Positions 15,981 to 22,278 of a DNA stretch of 32,000 nucleotides are shown piece after piece. The stretch is from NCBI GenBank assembly GCA_016196885.1, contig JACPWU010000042.1, positions 1-32,000 of the forward strand. Reading direction: 5' to 3'. Source of the DNA: Chlamydiota bacterium (GTDB lineage: Bacteria; Auribacterota; JACPWU01). The notes below the pieces were generated by a model, which had not been told where the DNA came from, ran no database searches, and saw only the letters and a program-made list of their open reading frames with translations. Made by a program: the position numbers and the translations under genes. Numbering within the stretch: position 1 is the stretch's first letter; every line of letters starts with the position of its first letter.

Positions 15981-16025
15981 ATTAAACCTTTTTATGATGT
16001 ACTTGATTTGTCATCACATTCGCTC

Positions 16026-16128
16026 TTTTTTTGTAGTCGCCCGATTCATCGGGCAGCCCCATGAATGGGGCGACTACAAACAGCGCCCCATGAATGGGGC
16101 GACTACAAAATGAGCCTCACTTTCGAGG
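16026..16128. repeat. GTAGTCGCCC palindromic repeat, copy 2, with tandemly duplicated right half
   Basis: Full unit at 16033-16077, followed by a second ccccatgaatggggcgactacaaaa (16086-16110) and the shared tail aaaatgagcc..actttc. It fills the whole atpC-atpF gap. Confidence 0.85.
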
Positions 16129-16130
16129 TT

Positions 16131-17201
16131 TTATTTGTACAGTAATTCCTCTTCCAATTTTTGGCTGTGAAGACGAGCTTTTTTTCCTCTTAAAATCAGT
16201 CGGACATTTCTAATCTCTGCAATTTTTTGCCAGAGAAACCCGAGTGGAATGTCAAATCCCAGGGGATTTCCCAAAGAAGCTTTCGCTCCTTCTTCAAAAA
16301 CACGATGATCTAAAGTTTTTTCAATGACTGATTCACTTTTGGACTTTTCAGGAAGGGCAAAAATGGAACTGGCCAAAAGACATGCAGCCTCACTTGTTTC
16401 CTGCTGAATCAATGAAACAAATAAATTTTTCTTCAATCGAAGACCTGTCCCTTGAAAATAAAAAAGGGCTTCAGAAGGAGAGAGCTGTGGATTTCTCATT
16501 CTAAAAGCGGCTCTTAAGTTAAAGAGATCTTTCAAGCTATTTAAAATAGTACCCATGATTTTTTCTTCAGACTTTAAAGTGCTTATTTCATGTTCTGTAT
16601 ATTCAAAAAAAGCTTTTTCCAGCGCATTTTCAAGGAAAAAGATTTCCTTCTTTTCTTCAAAAAGGGGCAAGGTCTTCGTAAGGGCTTTTGAAAAAATCCA
16701 TTTCCAAGTTGCAAGAATTTGAATAACAGATTTTACATCTTCAGCAAGACTCAATTCTTTCAAGAGAGGTTCACTCAATCGGCCCGCTGGAACAATGCTC
16801 TCAATGATTTTTTGCGAGGGTTGACGGGTGAAAACGCCTCTTAAAATCGTTTTAATGGCTTCCACATCCCAAAGAGTGAGCAGAAGTTCAAATAGCCTTG
16901 AGGGTCGTCCTTCTAAAAGCCCCAGAACGCCCTGAGTGGTTTCGGATAAATTCCTTCTTAAAACTTCTTCAAAAAGGGACGTGTCTCTTTGAGACACGTC
17001 TTGATCGTTTTTTAGGGTTTGAAAGTGATGACCCAAATGGGTGTTCTTTAAAATCTCAAGTGTTTCACTTAGATCTTTTGCATTCATCAATTCTTGATAT
17101 TGCGAAGAGGAGAGAAGTTCCGACTTCATCCCCCGAATGCGCGCATTGATATACGCGTAATCCTGCGAAGCACTTTGAAATTTTGTACCAGGTTGTTTCA
17201 T
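16131..17201 (-). CDS. atpC: V/A-type ATPase subunit C (eukaryotic d-like)
   Basis: 356 aa from the ATG at 17201 (MKQPGTKFQSASQDYAYINARIRGMKSELL..., typical subunit C start). The track ORF's TTG at 17270 would translate repeat element B and is rejected. Confidence 0.8.
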   Translation of the reverse strand: MKQPGTKFQSASQDYAYINARIRGMKSELLSSSQYQELMNAKDLSETLEILKNTHLGHHFQTLKNDQDVSQRDTSLFEEVLRRNLSETTQGVLGLLEGRPSRLFELLLTLWDVEAIKTILRGVFTRQPSQKIIESIVPAGRLSEPLLKELSLAEDVKSVIQILATWKWIFSKALTKTLPLFEEKKEIFFLENALEKAFFEYTEHEISTLKSEEKIMGTILNSLKDLFNLRAAFRMRNPQLSPSEALFYFQGTGLRLKKNLFVSLIQQETSEAACLLASSIFALPEKSKSESVIEKTLDHRVFEEGAKASLGNPLGFDIPLGFLWQKIAEIRNVRLILRGKKARLHSQKLEEELLYK

Positions 17202-17217
17202 CTTTATTATGATGTTG

Positions 17218-17317
17218 TAACCCCTCCGGCTCCCCTTAAATAAGGGGAGGGAAAAACCTCCCTTATTCAAAAGGGTAAAACCCCCCTCTTTATTTTAAAG
17301 AGGGGTTGGGGGAGTTA
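17218..17317 (+). repeat. Modular hairpin repeat (TAACCCCTCC...GGGGAGTTA), copy B
   Basis: gtaacccctccggctccccttaaataaggggagggaaaaacctccc...cccctctttattttaaagaggggttgggggagtta. Shortest copy; it fills the atpE-atpC gap. Confidence 0.8.
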
Positions 17318-17335
17318 TTTTATTAATTGTTGTCT

Positions 17336-17914
17336 CTACGCCCACAGCTTTTCTGAAACCTCTGCCTTTAGGGCGTTCAAAGCCTTTTCAAATCTGGCTT
17401 CCAAGGTGTTTTCAATTCTCAAACGATGGTCTTCAGTTGAGATGATAACCCCTTTTGAAATTTTTGGATTCGCTTGAATCTGAGCTTCTCTTTTTAACCG
17501 TTTAAAGAGATCTTGGGCCAATTTGACATCATTGGGTGAGACCTCTGCTACGATTTTTCCGGACACACCGATTAAAGATTCTTGAATGAGATTTAAAAGA
17601 AGCTCGGAATAATCTACTTCCTGACTCAATTGTAGAATTTTCTCGCGAGAGGTCTGAAAAATCTTTTCGATTTCCTTTTGTCTTGCCTCTAAAAGCAGGC
17701 GATTGGCTTGAGTGCGTGCATTTCCAATGGCTTTGGCTTCCTCCAAATCCATGATCCGTTTTGATTTGGATAAAATCTCTGCACGGATTTTAGAAGCTTC
17801 TTCTTCTGCTTTTTTTAGAATTTGCTTTGCCTCGCTCTCGGCTTCCTCATGAAGCTTTTTTTTCTCGAGTTCGGCCTCTTGTTCTAGATTTGAAAGCATA
17901 GATTCCATCGACAT
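17336..17914 (-). CDS. atpE: V/A-type ATPase subunit E (peripheral stalk)
   Basis: 192 aa with a long N-terminal charged coiled coil and a C-terminal globular part ending ...RIENTLEARFEKA..., as in subunit E. Position in the operon also fits. Confidence 0.8.
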   Translation of the reverse strand: MSMESMLSNLEQEAELEKKKLHEEAESEAKQILKKAEEEASKIRAEILSKSKRIMDLEEAKAIGNARTQANRLLLEARQKEIEKIFQTSREKILQLSQEVDYSELLLNLIQESLIGVSGKIVAEVSPNDVKLAQDLFKRLKREAQIQANPKISKGVIISTEDHRLRIENTLEARFEKALNALKAEVSEKLWA

Positions 17915-17929
17915 ACGACATCCCTCTTT

Positions 17930-18268
17930 TTATAATACAAAAATAATTAAAACGGCCACTACGAATCCCAAAATAATCATGGTTTCAGGAATGGCTTCCA
18001 AAATAATGACAGATCCAACGAGTTCAGGTTTCTCAGCCAAAGCCCCAGCCGCAGCGGCACCAATTCTTGCCTGAGCGAGTCCTGAAGCCAAAGCGGAAAG
18101 TCCCACAGCGAGGGCTGCAGCAATGGCCTTAAAACCGATGCTGTGGCCTTTTTCGCTTTTTTCAATGGTTGTATCAGAATGGGGGGCTGTCTCTTCAGCA
18201 AAAAGAGGGTGAGCAAAAATGGTGATATATAACCCCACCAATAAACTTCCCATGACGATCTTCTTCAT
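17930..18268 (-). CDS. atpK: V/A-type ATPase proteolipid subunit K (Thermus L-like)
   Basis: 112 aa with a signal-like N-terminus (MKKIVMGSLLVGLYITIFAHPLFAEE). A two-helix c-subunit hairpin follows, with GLAQARIGAAAAGALAEKPE and the ion-binding Glu in AIPETMIILGF. Confidence 0.85.
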   Translation of the reverse strand: MKKIVMGSLLVGLYITIFAHPLFAEETAPHSDTTIEKSEKGHSIGFKAIAAALAVGLSALASGLAQARIGAAAAGALAEKPELVGSVIILEAIPETMIILGFVVAVLIIFVL

Positions 18269-18319
18269 AACGCATTCTCCTTTTTTTATTTTATATGGTT
18301 TAAATTAAAATAAAAACAA

Positions 18320-18488
18320 TTAACCCCTCCAACTCCCCTTAAATAAGGGGAGAGAAAAACAACCCCTACTTAAAGGAGGAGAGTTCCCCTCTTAAATAAG
18401 AGGAGAAATGTAAAAAAACATTTACTACCGCAGTCGGCTTTGCACTGCCACTGGCAGTGCAGCCTCCCTTGCTGGGTTAGGGGAGTTA
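18320..18488 (+). repeat. Modular hairpin repeat, copy C (its terminal TTA is the atpI stop codon)
   Basis: ttaacccctccaactccccttaaataaggggagag...gcactgccactggcagtgc...gggttaggggagtta. Positions 18381-18488 are the inverted near-identical partner of 20370-20478. Confidence 0.85.
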
Positions 18489-20354
18489 TTTCAATTTTAC
18501 TTTCTTCCTCGCCAGAGGTTGATAAATGCTTCCTCCGGATTCGTAAAATTTAGTAAAAAATTCTACATAATGAAGACGGGCTGACTGAATGGTTGGGCTG
18601 AACGCCAAGGCCATGTTAATGATATGGAAGAGAATCGCAATAATCGCTCCCAATATCACATTTCCCACCAATCCTCCGAGCATGTTTCCGACAAAGGCTA
18701 AATAAGCACTGGCTACGCCGACCGCCATTAATCGGGCATAAGAGAGCATATTCCCGACAAATGAAAGAAGTTCCATAATCATCATGGGGCCTTTCATATA
18801 GATCAAAAGGGGAACGCCGATCACCAGTGCAATGACAGATGGAATTTTTACCACAGTTGGAATTTGTTGGGCCAAAACACCGATCAAGACAAAAAGTCCG
18901 GCGAGAGAAACCAAAATGGCAATCACTTCAATGATTTCATGGGTGTGGCGATGCCGAATGGATTGAATCAATTTAAGAATGAAGCCCAAGGTGACATGAA
19001 AAACGCCAATGCCGATCGCCAAAGCCAGAAGGGGGATGAGCGAATGCATGCGATCCCATTTGATGGTGGTGCCGCCCAGGTGCATGGTTAAGGGATGAAG
19101 AATACCTTTCTTCTCCAGAAAATCTCCAAAAAATTCCCCAAACACAAAGCCGAAGAGAATGGTATAGAGAGAACAAACGATCACAATTTCCGAGACATGC
19201 TTTAAAAATTCCTGTTTTTTAGAGAGACGAAGCCAAAGTCCTAAGGCTAAAAAAACCAAGCCATACCCTATGTCTCCCATGATGAGGCCAAAGAAAATAG
19301 GAAAAAAGAAGGCGAAAAAGGGTGTGGGATCAATGCTTCCATACTTAGGCGGTCTCAAAACTTTAATGAAAAGCTCGTAAGGCTTAATCCAACGATGGTT
19401 GTCTAAAAGAACAGGTGCCTCGTGACATTCTCCGATTTCCAGATGGATTTTCCCCTGAAAGTGTTCGTTCAGTGTTTTTTGAAGTGAAGAAAGGGTTTTC
19501 TCAGGATTGTAGCCCGTGATGACAAACGTCTTCTGAGTTTGTCCCAGCTCTCTCATCGCTTTTGAAGCGGCCATTTCATCTTCCAATTCAAGTTTGAGAT
19601 GAAGGAGAGTGGAATAATTTTGCTGTGATAAATCTTTTAAGGACTGATCAACTTCTTTCAAGTCTTGAGGAATTTGCTTCAACTTTTCTTGCATCTTTTG
19701 AACAGCCTCTTGCAGGGGGTAAGATGAAAGGCTGGATGGCATTTTGAGCTCATTTAATCCATATCTATTCAGAAGTGACTTTAAATTTTGATTGAGACTT
19801 TTAGGGTAAGCAAGTACCAGACCCAGTGTATCTTCATCTACAGATCGTTGGACCAAAATCACTTTTCCTGTAAAAGTTAGGGACAATTCTTTTTGTAAAG
19901 ACTCTACCCGATTTCGATCCTTTTTTGAGGCAATGAGTCCCAGCGCTTCGAAGTGAGAACTTCCTTCTAGGGAAGCCAGAAGGGGGGATAAAATCTTGGT
20001 GGCTTCTCCATAGGCCTGAAGAAGGGCCCACTCATCTGAAAGCAATTGTCTCTTTTGAAGGAGATCCTGGCTTTTTTGAGAAATTTCATTGACCCAGGCT
20101 TCCATGTTATCGCCTAAAGGTGTTTCTGCAAGCTTGCCTAAAGGTTTGGGAAGGAGGGATAAAAGCGTCTCTAATTTTGAAATTAATTTTTCTTTTCCAG
20201 CAAACTCTTGAGAGGTCTTCTCGTTTAGACTCATTTTCTGAAGGCTGTCAGATTGGGTCAGATGAACGGTGCCTAATTTCTGAAGAAGATGGACAACCTC
20301 TTCAGAAAGATTCTTAGGCCCAATGACCATTATTTTTTTCATCTTGGCGATCAT
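18486..20354 (-). CDS. atpI: V/A-type ATPase subunit I (membrane stator, a-like)
   Basis: 622 aa with an N-terminal cytoplasmic coiled-coil half and a C-terminal polytopic half containing the conserved LSYARLMAVG motif (essential Arg). Confidence 0.9.
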   Translation of the reverse strand: MIAKMKKIMVIGPKNLSEEVVHLLQKLGTVHLTQSDSLQKMSLNEKTSQEFAGKEKLISKLETLLSLLPKPLGKLAETPLGDNMEAWVNEISQKSQDLLQKRQLLSDEWALLQAYGEATKILSPLLASLEGSSHFEALGLIASKKDRNRVESLQKELSLTFTGKVILVQRSVDEDTLGLVLAYPKSLNQNLKSLLNRYGLNELKMPSSLSSYPLQEAVQKMQEKLKQIPQDLKEVDQSLKDLSQQNYSTLLHLKLELEDEMAASKAMRELGQTQKTFVITGYNPEKTLSSLQKTLNEHFQGKIHLEIGECHEAPVLLDNHRWIKPYELFIKVLRPPKYGSIDPTPFFAFFFPIFFGLIMGDIGYGLVFLALGLWLRLSKKQEFLKHVSEIVIVCSLYTILFGFVFGEFFGDFLEKKGILHPLTMHLGGTTIKWDRMHSLIPLLALAIGIGVFHVTLGFILKLIQSIRHRHTHEIIEVIAILVSLAGLFVLIGVLAQQIPTVVKIPSVIALVIGVPLLIYMKGPMMIMELLSFVGNMLSYARLMAVGVASAYLAFVGNMLGGLVGNVILGAIIAILFHIINMALAFSPTIQSARLHYVEFFTKFYESGGSIYQPLARKKVKLK

Positions 20355-20369
20355 AAAATTAGGAACTTG

Positions 20370-20589
20370 TAACTCCCCTAACCCAGCAAGGGAGGCTGCA
20401 CTGCCAGTGGCAGTGCAAAGCCGACTGCGGTAGTAAATGTTTTTTTACATTTCTCCTCTTATTCTAAGAGGGGAACTCTCCTGCCCTGTGCAAGGGGCGC
20501 TTTTTACTCTCCCCTTATTTCAAGCCCTTACAAGATTTTATAGTCCCCGCGGGATAGTCCCTGTGGGAAAGGGGAGTCGGAGGGGTTAA
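20370..20589 (-). repeat. Modular hairpin repeat, copy D (inverted relative to copy C)
   Basis: Read on the minus strand it starts ttaacccctccgactcccc and ends ggttaggggagtta, 15 nt before the atpI ATG. It carries an extra ggggactataaaatctt module shared with copy A. Confidence 0.85.
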
Positions 20590-20598
20590 TAAAATGTC

Positions 20599-20967
20599 TT
20601 AAACTTCTAATTTCTCTTTTTTAATTTCAAATTGACCCAGCACATGATTCAGTATTAATTGAAGGGCACTCGAAGCATTCTGAGCGGCTTTTTCTTTGAT
20701 TTGCTGGGCTTGTTGTTCAGCTTCAGAAAGGATTTTCCCCGCTGTTTGAGCAATGGATTTTTTTCGGCTCTCTTCGTAGCGTTTCGCTTCTTCTTGAGCT
20801 GAAAGACCCGATTTTTGAGTTTGCGATTCAGCTTTTTGACGGGTCTCGGCTAATCGCTCCTGATCCTTTTTTCGGGCTTCAACGAGAGACTTCTCGATCT
20901 GGTCTTCCTTTGCCCGTATCTTCTTTAAGACATCTTCCTCATGACTGTTCTTATATTCCGTATGCAT
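20599..20967 (-). CDS. V/A-type ATPase subunit G-like peripheral-stalk protein
   Basis: Charged coiled-coil protein ending ...ALQLILNHVLGQ, in the first position of the operon as in Thermus-type G-I-L-E-C-F-A-B-D operons. The ATG at 20967 is chosen because the predicted -10 box covers the upstream ATG at 21000. The track ORF extends to a TTG at 21024. Confidence 0.55.
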   Translation of the reverse strand: MHTEYKNSHEEDVLKKIRAKEDQIEKSLVEARKKDQERLAETRQKAESQTQKSGLSAQEEAKRYEESRKKSIAQTAGKILSEAEQQAQQIKEKAAQNASSALQLILNHVLGQFEIKKEKLEV

Positions 20968-20995
20968 ATTATGTACCTTGTCTCTTGGGGCCGAA

Positions 20996-21024
20996 AACAT
21001 AGCAGAGGAGGAGAGTTCTGTCAA
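20996..21024 (-). promoter_or_regulatory. Candidate sigma70-type promoter of the V-ATPase operon
   Basis: Minus strand: TTGACA (21024-21019; a second overlapping TTGACA at 21031-21026), a 17-nt spacer, then TATGTT (21001-20996). Sequence match only. Confidence 0.4.
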
Positions 21025-21046
21025 TTGTCAATTAAAAACAGTCGTG

Positions 21047-21126
21047 CGTCGTGAGGGGTGAGTCGTGAGTAAGAGCAAAACAGTCGTGGAAGGAACTGAC
21101 GACCCACGACTTACCCCTCACGACTG
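21047..21126 (-). terminator. 20-bp inverted repeat overlapping the stop of the 21118-21798 gene; possible terminator
   Basis: gtcgtgaggggtgagtcgtg (21048-21067) pairs with cacgacttacccctcacgac (21105-21124) with one mismatch and a 37-nt loop. On the minus strand a TTTTT run follows 8 nt after the stem. Confidence 0.35.
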
Positions 21127-21798
21127 CTTTGCCTCTTGAATCGTGATAGAAACCCCCACCGATTGATCAGGAGGGAGGTTTTCGACTTTGCTGGAAGGCT
21201 CAATTTTATAATCCCAACCCTCGGAGGCCAGGGCGTCCGTGAAATCCTTCCAAGAATCTGCAGGAACCGTGGTTCTCAATTGAAACATTAGTTTTTCAGT
21301 TTCAAAGGTGATGGAGAGCCCGTGGCTTTGCACTAAATCCCGTGCCTTTTCCCAATCTTCACGGGGTGAACTTGAGCGGATGATAACGGCTCGAAAGATT
21401 TGCCAGGTGTCTTTTGTGCTTGTCACTGAATAGCCGGGAACATCCGTGGGAGAAAGCTCCAACTTTTCCTCCGGTGGCCGGTAAGGGACTTCAGATCCTG
21501 TTTCATCCAAAACGAATTTCGGTGTTATTTCCGGAGGAGTCCATCCTGGCGTAGGCGTGAGATCATAATCGTTGTTAATGATGATTTTGCGTTTGGGGAT
21601 GGGTTTGGGAACAGGTTTTACTTGCTCCGCAGGTTTTGGCGGTTCCAAAACGCTTTGAGGTGTTGTTGGCGATGAAATCGGAGTCACAGGCGTTGGAATA
21701 TTTAAAAGATCGGACGACTCTTTCCCATGTTTAAGCCAATAAAGAAGGCCGATGATTAAAATACACGCCAGTGGAATGAAAAGAGTTTTTTGAGTCAT
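21118..21798 (-). CDS. Membrane-anchored proline-rich protein of unknown function
   Basis: 226 aa with an N-terminal TM helix (LFIPLACILIIGLLYWL), a Pro/Thr/Lys-rich linker and a ~100-aa C-terminal globular region. No recognisable motif. Confidence 0.55.
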   Translation of the reverse strand: MTQKTLFIPLACILIIGLLYWLKHGKESSDLLNIPTPVTPISSPTTPQSVLEPPKPAEQVKPVPKPIPKRKIIINNDYDLTPTPGWTPPEITPKFVLDETGSEVPYRPPEEKLELSPTDVPGYSVTSTKDTWQIFRAVIIRSSSPREDWEKARDLVQSHGLSITFETEKLMFQLRTTVPADSWKDFTDALASEGWDYKIEPSSKVENLPPDQSVGVSITIQEAKQS

Positions 21799-21987
21799 GA
21801 GGATATTATAGCCTGATTCATTTTGAACGGCAAAAATTTCTTGTCTGGGTCTCTGATCGGGATTTAAGATAATGACTAGTTCACTTCATTTTTACATTTG
21901 CCCAGAAGGAGAAGGTTGTTCACATTCCTTAATATAGCATATTTAGAAAGGGCTTGAAGTTGATGATGTTCAAATTTAAACTATTGT

Positions 21988-22088
21988 TTAAACATTAGCG
22001 AGACGATGAAGGAGTTCAGAGATAAAGGTCTGGTATCGAATACCCAGTTTCTTTGCTTTGTGCTTCAAGTTTTCTTGATCCGTCAAGC
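21988..22088 (-). pseudogene. 3' fragment of a BrnA/CopG-like antitoxin gene, truncated by a GTAGTCGCCC repeat
   Basis: Minus-strand translation ...DQENLKHKAKKLGIRYQTFISELLHRLANV* resembles the C-terminal (K)KGIxYQTLIxxxLHxY end of BrnA-type antitoxins. There is no start codon, and the reading frame runs straight into repeat copy 3. Confidence 0.4.
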
Positions 22089-22144
22089 GTAGTCGCCCGA
22101 TTTATCGGGCAATCCATGCATGGCCCCATAAATGGGGCGACTAC
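22089..22144. repeat. GTAGTCGCCC palindromic repeat, copy 3 (variant with internal CCATGCATGG insertion)
   Basis: gtagtcgcccgatttatcgggcaatccatgcatggccccataaatggggcgactac. Confidence 0.8.
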
Positions 22145-22278
22145 AAATGGATGACACTTGACTCAAGTGTATATGCCTAACATCAAAATTCAAAGCTATT
22201 TTGGCTTTACAAATACTAAAATCCAGATTGAAAAGGATTTGTCTAATTGTTAGACTCTCAGCCTCAAGGAGTCAAAAT

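Noticed and set aside
17202-17270. N-terminal extensions offered by the ORF track: atpC from the TTG at 17270, atpD from 12350, secA from the TTG at 22201, the HTH antitoxin from 28490.
   Set aside because: The extensions translate repeat elements or the 3' end of the upstream gene. They use non-ATG starts or lack SDs, and they precede internal ATGs that restore the conserved family N-termini.
18170-18268. Signal-peptide-like N-terminal extension on the proteolipid subunit K as a novelty.
   Set aside because: As far as I recall, the Thermus-type L/K proteolipid has the same MKK-hydrophobic-AEE N-terminus, so this appears to be a lineage feature of this operon type rather than something new.
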